Source: Staphylococcus phage pSco-10. Taken from it: DNA of 64,000 bases. Shown here one piece after another: positions 42,701 to 50,426 of the stretch (positions within the stretch are counted from its first letter, which is position 1; each line of letters begins with the position of its first letter). The notes beneath the pieces were generated by a model. That model was not told the DNA's origin. It searched no databases and worked only from the letters and a program-made list of their open reading frames with translations. Where the stretch lies: the sequence record KX011028.1; one strand, given 5' to 3'. The translations under genes and the position numbers were made by a program.

Positions 42701-43899
42701 TATGAAGTAGCCATTTTCAACATGTCAGTACTATTATAACCTAACTTATTATCAATTGACAAGTCTCCATAAGCATTTCTTACAGAATCTATATCCATAT
42801 TGTCTGAATTTTGACCTAATGATGTAACCATTGGTCTATTAGTTTCACTTAATGAAGCACCCTTCATGTATAAACCTGTAGCCATGGCAGTAGTACCCAT
42901 CATAGCATGAGAACCAATGGATGGTAAACGTTCTTGAACCATTCTACCGAAAGTTCCACGTTGTTGGTCTACATCTCTAGTTTGAAAATCTTTCTGAACT
43001 GAACCCTTATAATACTGAACAGTTTTATCAAGCTCTGCTCCTAATTTCTCATAGTTAGATATAAGTTCTTCTCTAGCTTTCATTTCCATTTTAATAGAAG
43101 CTAGCTCTTTTTCATACTGAGCTTTATTAATTTGACCACTAGCTCTACGGTTAGTCAGGTCTTGTTGTTGTTTACCGTAATTACTATATTGTTCTCTTGC
43201 TTGACTTAAATTACGTTGGTTTTGTTTTCTTTGACTTTCATAAGAATCTACCTTACCTAGCTCACTTCTAACTCGTGCCCCTTGGTCATATGTTAAACGT
43301 CCTGTTCCTTCTGAACGTTCCATATAACCTCTAGTCATATTACGGTTAGCTCTTAAACGTTTAGTATAATCTTTAGTAGCACTAGAGTCTTTACTAATTT
43401 TATTATATTCTTCTGTTACTTTATTTAAGGTTTTCTGTTCTTTAATTCTATTTTGAATACTTGCATCTGAGCCTATTTTTTGGTTAGACATTTTACTAAG
43501 ATTTTCACTAGTCTCATTAACAACTTTATTCATCTTAGCGTATGCTTTTTCAACTTCAGGGTCAGGTGCTATACCTTTAGATATATTTTCTTTTTGAAGG
43601 TCGTCTAAAGCTTTCTGCAACTCATTTATTTGTTTCGTAGCAGATTGAGTAGATTTAATGGTCTCGTCCATATCTTTAGCAGATACTACAGATTTACCTT
43701 CCTGTTTATCCATTGCATTCTGTACATTCTTAACTTCTTTAGCAATTACTTTTAATTTCTTCAAGAAATTATCTAAAGGGGCATCAATATTTTTAGATTC
43801 CAAGGAATCCATATAAAGTTCTATTGCCTTCAGACTATTTTCTAAATCCGAACTATCACCGGATAAGACCAATCTATAATCGTCATTCATTGCCATCAT
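39769..43899 (-). CDS. tape measure protein with lytic transglycosylase-like domain
   Basis: 1376 aa; coiled-coil N-terminus, Gly-rich repeats, and a C-terminal NQVGAVMGNLYQESKLDPNAKNSSSGAFGIAQWLG motif (SLT / tail-lysozyme-like). Confidence 0.85.
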   Translation of the reverse strand: MMAMNDDYRLVLSGDSSDLENSLKAIELYMDSLESKNIDAPLDNFLKKLKVIAKEVKNVQNAMDKQEGKSVVSAKDMDETIKSTQSATKQINELQKALDDLQKENISKGIAPDPEVEKAYAKMNKVVNETSENLSKMSNQKIGSDASIQNRIKEQKTLNKVTEEYNKISKDSSATKDYTKRLRANRNMTRGYMERSEGTGRLTYDQGARVRSELGKVDSYESQRKQNQRNLSQAREQYSNYGKQQQDLTNRRASGQINKAQYEKELASIKMEMKAREELISNYEKLGAELDKTVQYYKGSVQKDFQTRDVDQQRGTFGRMVQERLPSIGSHAMMGTTAMATGLYMKGASLSETNRPMVTSLGQNSDNMDIDSVRNAYGDLSIDNKLGYNSTDMLKMATSYESSVGHKSDEDTMAGTKQLAIGGRSLGIQDQEAYQESMGQIMHTGGVNSDNMKEMQDAFLGGIKQSGMVGRQDEQLKALGSIAEQSGEGRTLTKDQMSNLTAMQSTFAESGSKGLQGEQGANAINSIDQGLKNGMNSSYARIAMGWGTQYQGLEGGYDLQKRMDEGISNPENLTDMADMATQMGGSEKEQKYLFNRSMKEIGANLTMEQSDEIFKDAQSGKLSKEELAKKAKKMEKEGKKEGEDNATDYKESKSGKNDQNKAKTDDKAEDTYDLAQPLRDAHSALAGLPAPVYLAIGAIGAFTASLLASASQFGAGHLIGKGAKALGRRGKNNKGGGTPPPGTSPGRQKYANNNPKTPNGGGTSGGSRVGSMFEKAKSFGGEALSGGMLLGDKLLGGKNKKGGSRSGKEQFKGVWDSTKKTGKGLFDHLNPKNRDFTMGEYLGRTKDLGKKTGKGLFDTGKSEFGGSILNPKNFKGLGGKIKDGTGSLLNKGKGAYGKFADKFGDGGKNGILSQSPKAGGSGLGKLGKLAGGLGKGAGVLGVATSALSLIPALASGDSKAIGGGLGSMGGGMAGASAGASIGALFGGVGAIPGALIGGAIGSFGGGAVGEKVGDMAKKAGTKEGWNLGWSNGDKDGKNKFQDSLIGKPLSKAWNGITGLFDSDAEASEEDSKDKKKGVKGVKGDTKKKEKMTAEQLREKNNQSETKNLKIYSDLLDRAQKIIESAKGINIDGGTEDGGNSGGSASDVGGEGAEKIYKFLKGKGLSDNQVGAVMGNLYQESKLDPNAKNSSSGAFGIAQWLGDRKTGLDNFAKKQGKKSNDLDVQLDYLWKEMESGYDSDMLKNAGWSENASLEKNATAFANGFERMGANEAMMSTRINKAKAYKKKYGGGGSGGGGGGALSSTYQEAMSNPILTTGSNYTGSNDASNASTTNRITVNVNVQGGNNPEETGDIIGGRIRDVLDSNMDIFANEHKRSY

Positions 43900-43951
43900 T
43901 ATTCACCATCCATTTTAAAAAAATAAGGATGGTAGTATCACCTACCACCCT

Positions 43952-44488
43952 TTACATATACCAGTCATCATCCAGGTCTTCTAGTGCTTTATTAACGCTC
44001 TCTTGTGATATAGTAGCATCCTCTTCACTAGTTTTACCATTTCCTACTTCTTCATCTAGTTCTTCTTGTTTTCTTCGAATGTATTCCATCATAGCAAGAT
44101 GTTGTGTAGTGAGTCCTTCTGTCTCATCATTCAACTCTGCATCATTTCTCTTAGCTCTCTCTTCCTTATCTCTATCAGATAATTTAGCTTCCATCTGTTT
44201 AGCTAGGTCATCAGCATCTAAGAAATCAGGTACTGGGTCAAAGTCTTCATGAGATTCATTCCACCAACTACTATCATCATCTTCGAATTGGCTATCGTAC
44301 TTGCCACCTTTTTGAGCTTGTTTAAGTTGTTTATTATGTTCGTAAACATCTCTGTTCATATTACCAATAATAAACTCTATTTGATAGTCATCTAAGTCCT
44401 TAAATCTTTGCTCAGTAGGTAAAACATTAAACTCTTTCATAATAGCCCATAGATTTCTAGATAAAGGCTGTTTAACAATTGATTCCAT
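43952..44488 (-). CDS. tail assembly chaperone-like acidic protein
   Basis: 178 aa, highly acidic; directly upstream of the tape-measure gene; its ATG abuts GGTGGA with no spacer. Confidence 0.45.
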   Translation of the reverse strand: MESIVKQPLSRNLWAIMKEFNVLPTEQRFKDLDDYQIEFIIGNMNRDVYEHNKQLKQAQKGGKYDSQFEDDDSSWWNESHEDFDPVPDFLDADDLAKQMEAKLSDRDKEERAKRNDAELNDETEGLTTQHLAMMEYIRRKQEELDEEVGNGKTSEEDATISQESVNKALEDLDDDWYM

Positions 44489-44531
44489 TCCACCTAATCG
44501 TTCTATATCTTTATCTAGTGTTTCTATATTA

Positions 44532-44987
44532 TTAATAACGAAAGGAGTTTAGGAACCCTAACCAATCTTCATACATAACAGTTAAAGGATATAAGTTATA
44601 GATATCATCAGGGTCTTGGAATTCCTTAGGAACTTCAATACCTACTTCTTGTAATGTAGCTAACATTTGATAAGCTCTAATTACTTGGTCTGTTTGATAC
44701 ATATCCATACCACCTAAGTAAGCAGAACGTAACGCAAAGATATTACCTTGTTCACGTGCATTAGGTAATTTAATTTTAACTTTAAATCGTAAGTCTAGTT
44801 CTTCAAAGTTATACTCTTTTTCCCAAGTATCATTAACACCTTTAATAACTTTGTTAATAACCTGCTCTTTTTCTTTCTTGTCTTGGTATTTTAATTTATC
44901 TATTTCTTCCGGTGTCATTTTACTGACATCCTTTTTCTCTTCTTTTGTTTCTTGTACTTCTTGTTCCTTTTTAATTTCTTCTGCCAT
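44532..44987 (-). CDS. tail assembly chaperone-like protein
   Basis: 151 aa; position between tube and tape-measure genes. Confidence 0.45.
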   Translation of the reverse strand: MAEEIKKEQEVQETKEEKKDVSKMTPEEIDKLKYQDKKEKEQVINKVIKGVNDTWEKEYNFEELDLRFKVKIKLPNAREQGNIFALRSAYLGGMDMYQTDQVIRAYQMLATLQEVGIEVPKEFQDPDDIYNLYPLTVMYEDWLGFLNSFRY

Positions 44988-45119
44988 AATATGATATACC
45001 TTCCTTTTTTTAAATATTAATAAAGCCTACGCTTATCCGATTCAATATTAATATAACACGGACTAGTGTAGGCTTACTACTTTAAATATAGTATATCATA
45101 TTTTGTTTTTAAATCAAAA

Positions 45120-45431
45120 TTACTTTAAGTATTTCTCTGTACTTGTTAAAATTTCCTCTAAACTTTGTTTAATTTTATCACTATTTCTAAGTAGGTAAAT
45201 GTAGTATTCTTGTAATGAATCATAATACTCATAATTGATTGTTAAAATCTCTTGACCTTCTAAATACTTTTTAGTAATTTTACCTGCTTGCTCTGTTAAT
45301 TTTTTGTATTTATCTAAAATCTGATTGATTGCAATTGCTGTTGATTTACTTGTTACATCTACCTCTTTCGGGAATTTGTGTAATTCTACTTTCATCTCTT
45401 CATAAACTGCTCTTAATTTATCTTGTGCCAT
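45120..45431 (-). CDS. hypothetical protein
   Basis: 103 aa; consensus promoter upstream. Confidence 0.45.
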   Translation of the reverse strand: MAQDKLRAVYEEMKVELHKFPKEVDVTSKSTAIAINQILDKYKKLTEQAGKITKKYLEGQEILTINYEYYDSLQEYYIYLLRNSDKIKQSLEEILTSTEKYLK

Positions 45432-45464
45432 TTTATATCTTCTCCTTTAATTTGTTATATCTTT

Positions 45465-45493
45465 ATTATAATTTATTATTTTTAATTTGTCAA
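45465..45493 (-). promoter_or_regulatory. consensus sigma-A promoter (TTGACA, 17 bp spacer, TATAAT)
   Basis: Perfect hexamers on the minus strand. Confidence 0.5.
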
Positions 45494-45501
45494 TACTTTT
45501 T

Positions 45502-45696
45502 TTACATATATTTTAATGAGTAATAAACACCATTAATAATTAAACATGCTAAAAATTGAATTGATGTTATTACAACTAATGCTTTACTCATAGCTAGTGA
45601 TTCATTTGTAACTGTACCTCTACCATTTAATATACTTAATACAATAAATATAATACTTGATAGAATAAAGTAACCATTTACTATTGTTAATCCCAT
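45502..45696 (-). CDS. small membrane protein (two predicted transmembrane helices)
   Basis: 64 aa; hydrophobic segments ILSSIIFIVLSIL and LVVITSIQFLACLII. Confidence 0.4.
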   Translation of the reverse strand: MGLTIVNGYFILSSIIFIVLSILNGRGTVTNESLAMSKALVVITSIQFLACLIINGVYYSLKYM

Positions 45697-45708
45697 TATA
45701 ATTCCTCC

Positions 45709-46161
45709 TTATTTAATTGTCAAGCCTTTATTATAATAATCTAAATCTAATGTTTTGTGTGTATCTGTAATGCCATTATAGTATGTAGTTATTATTTTAC
45801 CATCTTCTAGGTTAATAACTAAGTACTGATAACTACTTACTCCTTCTACTGTTACAATAGTAGGGCTTTTAAAAATTACTCTTCTTTGTTTTTTACCATG
45901 AAAATCTGTAATATTAAATTCAATAATATTAAAAGATGCATTATTACTCTTGAATATAAATCCTAATAACTTACTAAAATCTATTTCATTTTTAATTTTA
46001 GTTTTACAATGGTTTGATAGTTCTAAATACTTATGTGTATTAATTGTATCTTGTAATAGTTTAACACATTGTTTCTTTTCCTGTAAAGTCATTTGAGTAT
46101 AATGTTTCTTTACTTGCCTATGTTTACCTGTTGTTCTTCTTTTTGACCAAAATGTAGTCAT
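45709..46161 (-). CDS. hypothetical protein; likely start is the MTTFW ATG 9 nt after AAGGAG
   Basis: ORF; Shine-Dalgarno spacing favours the second ATG. Confidence 0.45.
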   Translation of the reverse strand: MTTFWSKRRTTGKHRQVKKHYTQMTLQEKKQCVKLLQDTINTHKYLELSNHCKTKIKNEIDFSKLLGFIFKSNNASFNIIEFNITDFHGKKQRRVIFKSPTIVTVEGVSSYQYLVINLEDGKIITTYYNGITDTHKTLDLDYYNKGLTIK

Positions 46162-46312
46162 ATAATTCATCTCCTTATTTGTTATACTCTTAGTATATCA
46201 GCTTTAATATTCCTTGTCAACACCTTTATGTTTATTTTTTCTAGAATATTTTGTTTTATCTTTCTTAACTTTGGTTACAGGGTTAATATTCCATGTTGCC
46301 CTTGTATTACTC

Positions 46313-46341
46313 ATTTTACCTATTGTTTTTCTATTTGTCAA
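46313..46341 (-). promoter_or_regulatory. sigma-A-like promoter (TTGACA, 17 bp spacer, TAAAAT)
   Basis: Seen on the minus strand; drives the 45709 gene through a leader of about 125 nt. Confidence 0.4.
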
Positions 46342-46394
46342 GTTAATCCCTCCTTATTTATTATGATAGCATAACCCTTGATACTGGTCAAGGG

Positions 46395-47399
46395 TTATAG
46401 ATAAATAAATTTATACTTTTTACAATGCTTACTTTTACCTTTTAAAACTTTACTTATATTTGGTGCTGATGCATTAATTAATCTAGCTACTTCATTAACA
46501 GTACCTTCAACTGTTTCACCTGTAACCATATGTGTTCCTTTAATCATTTTCTTTTGGCTTCTTTTACGTGCTTCTTCAGGTGTATATTTGTATTCTTCAT
46601 CTACTAGTCTAAACATTTTGTTATTCAAAGTAAGTCTATCAATATTACCATATAAGTAAGAAGATACCCCTTTTATTCCGGTCTCAATTTCACACTCTTT
46701 AATAGAGTTAAATATAGTTTCTTCATTTTTATCTAAATCATACATAGCTATTGATGTTGTTTTTCTTGGTCTGTTTTTGATACTCTCTTCTTTTTTGATT
46801 CTTCTTGTCTCTACATAAGTCTTTCTTTCTAATTCCTGCTCTTCATTTACTAAACTAAACTTGTATCCTGATGTGGAGTTTAGTTCCCCGATTAAACATT
46901 TGTAAAAATTACTATCTGTAAGTTTATACTTATTGATAATATCATTATAACTACCTGTATATAAATAACGACCATTCTTTGTGTAGACATTAATATCACC
47001 ATCAAATTTTAAAGAAGTAGTGTACACTTCTACTGTATCAGGTTTCTTAATCTCTGTAAAATAGTTTCTTAAAATTTGATATACTTGCTCTAAGGTTTTA
47101 TTTTTATAACTTATATCTATATAAATTATATTATTGTTATCACAATATTCTTTTTTAATTCTATCAAGTAATTTTATTCTATCAAAATCTAAATTGAATA
47201 CTTGTCTATAATGTTGTTCACCCATATATTCAATACAATAAAATTTTCCTTGGTATTCTACTAAAAAATCCATTCTTTGTTTTGTACCTATGTTGTTCCT
47301 AAAAGAATATTCTCGTTTATACTTCATATTATTAAAACCTAAAATTGAATCTACTAATCGTTCCCCATGAGAACCTAGTACTTTATCTGAATATATCAT
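46395..47399 (-). CDS. free-standing homing-endonuclease-like protein: Vsr/PD-(D/E)XK-like nuclease domain plus NUMOD-like DNA-binding repeats
   Basis: N-terminal DFLVEYQGKFYCIEYMGEQHY...DRIKKEYCDNNNIIYIDI fits the Vsr / DUF559-like D...(C)IE.xG.QH pattern; C-terminal FNSIKECEIETGIKGVSSYLYG and VNEVARLINASAPNISKVLKGKSKHCKKYKF are NUMOD-like; ATG at 47399 with GGAAGGTG 6 nt upstream. Confidence 0.6.
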   Translation of the reverse strand: MIYSDKVLGSHGERLVDSILGFNNMKYKREYSFRNNIGTKQRMDFLVEYQGKFYCIEYMGEQHYRQVFNLDFDRIKLLDRIKKEYCDNNNIIYIDISYKNKTLEQVYQILRNYFTEIKKPDTVEVYTTSLKFDGDINVYTKNGRYLYTGSYNDIINKYKLTDSNFYKCLIGELNSTSGYKFSLVNEEQELERKTYVETRRIKKEESIKNRPRKTTSIAMYDLDKNEETIFNSIKECEIETGIKGVSSYLYGNIDRLTLNNKMFRLVDEEYKYTPEEARKRSQKKMIKGTHMVTGETVEGTVNEVARLINASAPNISKVLKGKSKHCKKYKFIYL

Positions 47400-47431
47400 T
47401 GATATCACCTTCCTATTATTAATATATCATA

Positions 47432-47460
47432 AGTGTACCATAACTTTTACACTTTGTCAA
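47432..47460 (-). promoter_or_regulatory. sigma-A promoter (TTGACA, 17 bp spacer, TGgTACACT) driving the endonuclease gene
   Basis: Immediately downstream of the terminator at 47462-47494. Confidence 0.5.
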
Positions 47461-47461
47461 T

Positions 47462-47494
47462 AAAAAAAAGACCTAACTTTTATTGTTAGGTCTT
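47462..47494 (-). terminator. rho-independent terminator ending the tail sheath/tube transcript
   Basis: AAGACCTAAC (aataaaa) GTTAGGTCTT followed by T8 on the minus strand; lies about 20 nt after the predicted tube exon 3 stop. Confidence 0.6.
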
Positions 47495-47517
47495 AATAGG
47501 AAATTTAAGTTCTAGCC

Positions 47518-47531
47518 TTATCTGATGCTGT
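47518..47531 (-). CDS. tail tube protein, inferred exon 3 (last 4 codons plus stop)
   Basis: After the omega-G at 47532 the frame set by exon 2 reads (u)ac agc auc aga uaa (Y S I R stop); placement is by alignment with the 3' end of intron A. An alternative omega-G at 47528 would give SSDKART. Confidence 0.4.
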
Positions 47532-47828
47532 CCTCTATACCCTATCTTTCGATATATTTTAAAGGGAGTAGACTATACCATAATCTTAATGTGTAACTAA
47601 GACTCACTTATTATAGTCGTTGAAGCTTCCCACTCTCGTAGGCTTGCCTGCGTATCATCTATTTTACTGTACTTAGGGTTTAACCTTATACTATACTAGA
47701 TATTTTTTCTGATTTCTCAACATTCAAGCTTACCCTTTCAGGTTACTTTGTAGTTATCTAGTCTTTAAGACTTTCACGCAATTTAAAGTGTTTTCTATGC
47801 TTGTCACCAAACATAGCCTCTATTAGTT
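47532..47828 (-). ncRNA. ORF-less group I intron B in the tail tube gene
   Basis: The exon ends ..CCUUU; the intron starts AACUAAUA with internal guide sequence GAGG (pairs with CUUU using G-U wobbles); a P2-like hairpin; P AAAUUGCGUGAAAG; Q UACGCAGGCAAGCC; R CAACGACUAUAAU; S AAGAUUAUGGUAUAGUCUAC; ends ...GGGUAUAGAGG. Confidence 0.7.
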
Positions 47829-47892
47829 AAAGGTAGCTAAACTCAATTTCTTCTGTTACAATTTCATTTGTCTGCCACGTCTCGTTGTAGTT
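47829..47892 (-). CDS. tail tube protein, inferred exon 2 (64 nt)
   Basis: The only open frame between the two introns: aac uac aac gag acg ugg ... uac cuu u, which reads NYNETWQTNEIVTEEIEFSYL; it starts right after a G (..UAAGUG|) and ends in U. Confidence 0.5.
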
Positions 47893-48225
47893 CACTTATA
47901 CCCTATCTCTCGATATATTTAAAGGGGTTAGACTGTCCCATGTCCCTTATTTCTAAGGTGACTACCTATTACAGTCGTTGAAGCTTCCCACTCTCGTAGG
48001 CTTGCCTGCGGATTTCCTATTGATTGAGTACTTAGGACATTAATAATGTGTCGTTAGTTATTAATGCTTTTATCTCACCATATACTATCCAATTAATTTT
48101 TTCTGATTTCTCAACATTCACGCTTACTCTTTCAAGTTACGTTGTAGTTTAATTGGCTTTAAGGTGTTCCCGCAATTTCAGGTATTATTCGACTATACAT
48201 TACTGTATAGAAGCAACAATTATTT
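47893..48225 (-). ncRNA. ORF-less group I intron A in the tail tube gene
   Basis: The exon ends ..GCCAAU; the intron starts AAAUAAUU with internal guide sequence GUUG (pairs with CAAU, G-U at the splice site); P2 hairpin CUAUAC..GUAUAG; P AAAUUGCGGGAAC; Q AAAUCCGCAGGCAAGCC; R CAACGACUGUAAU; S GGGACAGUCUAAC. The P7 strands are GACUG/CAGUC here versus GACUA/UAGUC in intron B, a compensatory change. An in-frame stop lies 1 codon after the 5' splice site. Confidence 0.75.
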
Positions 48226-48564
48226 ATTGGCACTACATCCGTGGTAACTAATAATAACTTGTTTTGTTAAGTTATCTACTACTAAAATATCAATGATATC
48301 TTTCTTAAGAATTTCTTCACCAAGTGAAGCATATCCTAAATCTGCAAAGTTTTCTTTTTTCATACGTAAACGTTCTACTGTAATTGTACCCTCATAACGT
48401 AAGTATACGTGTTCTTGAGGCATGATAGAACCGATTTCGTATACACCAGTTGTACCATATTCACGAGTACCTGATGCTGATTGTGCTCTTCCTACCGGTT
48501 TACCTTTAATCATAAGTAGGACGGTATTACCAGTATGGACGGTTTGTTTAGCTTCTGATGCCAT
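48226..48564 (-). CDS. putative tail tube protein, exon 1 (113 codons); the track ORF 48220..48564 runs on into the intron to give an artefactual ...SANK stop
   Basis: ORF directly downstream of the sheath gene; its 3' end is followed by the group I intron start motif. Confidence 0.55.
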
Positions 48565-48636
48565 CTGTATTCACTCTCCTAAAGTATTCAAATTATATTA
48601 ATAGGAGTACCCAATCTAGGTACTCCATCACCTAGA

Positions 48637-50400
48637 TTAGGCTTGTAATGTTTGTTGCTTGTAAACCAAGCTAACAGAGATTTTCTTGAAGCTTCTGATT
48701 GGGTAAACTGTCATTGAAATTCTTGCTTCGTTACCTTCAACAATAACTTGTACGTCTTCAGCAGGGAAGTCTTGAATTTCATTATCACGTTTCTTACGAC
48801 CCAAGTAAGATTGGATAAAGTCTTTAATGATTGAAGCACTTGTATTGATAGTACGAGTACCAATGAATTGGTCTTCAAGTTGAACTTTAAGCTCACTTAC
48901 TAAGAAGTCATTAGCTTCCCCAACAGCCATCTCAGCCTTAACTGGGTCTGACTTATCGTTGAATGTAGTTACGTCATCAACGATTCTGAAGAATGTATTA
49001 GTACGGTTACGAACAAACTCGATACTAATAATACCATTTTCATTTAATTCATCTAAATCAATTGACTCGTATACTTGGTCTAATGAACTTACAAGTAATG
49101 GTTTGAAAGTGATTGATTCACCAATCTCTAAACCACTTGCAAGACCACCTAACGCTACAGCTACCATATAAGCAGGTACATGGTTTTTACGTCCATCATC
49201 CATAACAAAAGTACCTGAGTTAGCTACTAATGATACACGTGGATTAGATAATGATGCTTGTCTACCGAACAATTGTTCTTTAGATTCATTAAATCCTCCA
49301 CCAACAATAGCTCTCATTGGTTCTCCTGCATCAGAACGTTCTTTAACGAAAGCAGATACCTCTGCATGAACTGATTGTTTAGATGATAATGGAACAATGT
49401 AGTATCCACCTTCATGTGCAAATTTCTCTAATTTATCTGCCCATGTAGCAGGTGGTTCACCGTTAGTACCGCCTTGTAACTTAGTTAATTCGAAAGGCTC
49501 GATAGTTCTAATAGGTGAAGTAGCTGTTACTGTAGCTGATTCTTCTCCTGCTTCAACTTCTACATTGCTTGGTACTTCTCCTTCTGCATTAAGTTGCTCA
49601 AAAGATACAATACCATTAAAAGCTGTTTGTTTTTCTAAGTCACCGAAGACTGCTTTAACGTATACAGCTTTATCTTTAATGTCTACATCTGATGCTTTAT
49701 CTAATTTACTAGATTCTAAGTTTTTATCTCCGAAAGGTGATAACTTAGCTTCAAAATCAGGTAATTGATTGATGTCTGTGATAATAGCATTAGTATAATC
49801 ATAAGCACCGCTAGTTAAATCATATGACTTAACTTCTTGGTCTCCAACTTTTAATACTAAACGACTTGCTTTTTGAGTTTCTTCATCATGTTCTACAGAG
49901 AAAGTTGCGTTAGCTTCTTCACCTGTATATTTAATTGTGAAGATATTACCGATATTATCGTAAACTTCATTGAAACGGTCATCTTGGAAAATTACTCTTA
50001 AACGTAATGAATCACTTAATGTGTTCTTTTCCAATCCTACTTGAATGTTATTAGCAACATTACCGTAGATTTGAGATGTAATTTTTAGTCCGCCAACTTC
50101 TGCTGTTGCAGGTTTAGCATCTTCAGTACGCATAGCTAAAATCTTACCTGCTGTATAGTTAGGGTTAGAACCCCATGCTAATTCAATTGCATCAAGTAAT
50201 TCTCCTGAACGGAATAAACGTTTAGCTTGTGCGTAGTTACGTAATTGATAAACTGTATTTGGTTCTCCGCCTTCTGCTGAACCGATTAAGCAAAGTACTT
50301 TTTCACTTGAACCTGCTGAGCCACCGATACCTGAAGTATCTACTTCAATAGATGTATGAGGACGGGTAATAGGTCTTCTTGGGAATGGTTCTACTGCCAT
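48637..50400 (-). CDS. tail sheath protein
   Basis: 587 aa; position after the neck genes and before the tube gene; size typical of myovirus sheath proteins. Confidence 0.7.
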   Translation of the reverse strand: MAVEPFPRRPITRPHTSIEVDTSGIGGSAGSSEKVLCLIGSAEGGEPNTVYQLRNYAQAKRLFRSGELLDAIELAWGSNPNYTAGKILAMRTEDAKPATAEVGGLKITSQIYGNVANNIQVGLEKNTLSDSLRLRVIFQDDRFNEVYDNIGNIFTIKYTGEEANATFSVEHDEETQKASRLVLKVGDQEVKSYDLTSGAYDYTNAIITDINQLPDFEAKLSPFGDKNLESSKLDKASDVDIKDKAVYVKAVFGDLEKQTAFNGIVSFEQLNAEGEVPSNVEVEAGEESATVTATSPIRTIEPFELTKLQGGTNGEPPATWADKLEKFAHEGGYYIVPLSSKQSVHAEVSAFVKERSDAGEPMRAIVGGGFNESKEQLFGRQASLSNPRVSLVANSGTFVMDDGRKNHVPAYMVAVALGGLASGLEIGESITFKPLLVSSLDQVYESIDLDELNENGIISIEFVRNRTNTFFRIVDDVTTFNDKSDPVKAEMAVGEANDFLVSELKVQLEDQFIGTRTINTSASIIKDFIQSYLGRKKRDNEIQDFPAEDVQVIVEGNEARISMTVYPIRSFKKISVSLVYKQQTLQA

Positions 50401-50426
50401 ATTTAATTCTCCTTATCTGAATGTTA

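Noticed and set aside
47533-48230. The approximately 360 bp tandem direct repeat, first read as a non-coding repeat, an sRNA pair or an origin-like element
   Set aside because: Both copies contain group I intron P/Q/R/S core elements and covarying P7 strands, and coding exons can be traced around them. The repeat is reinterpreted as two introns, with the terminator at 47462-47494 placed after them.
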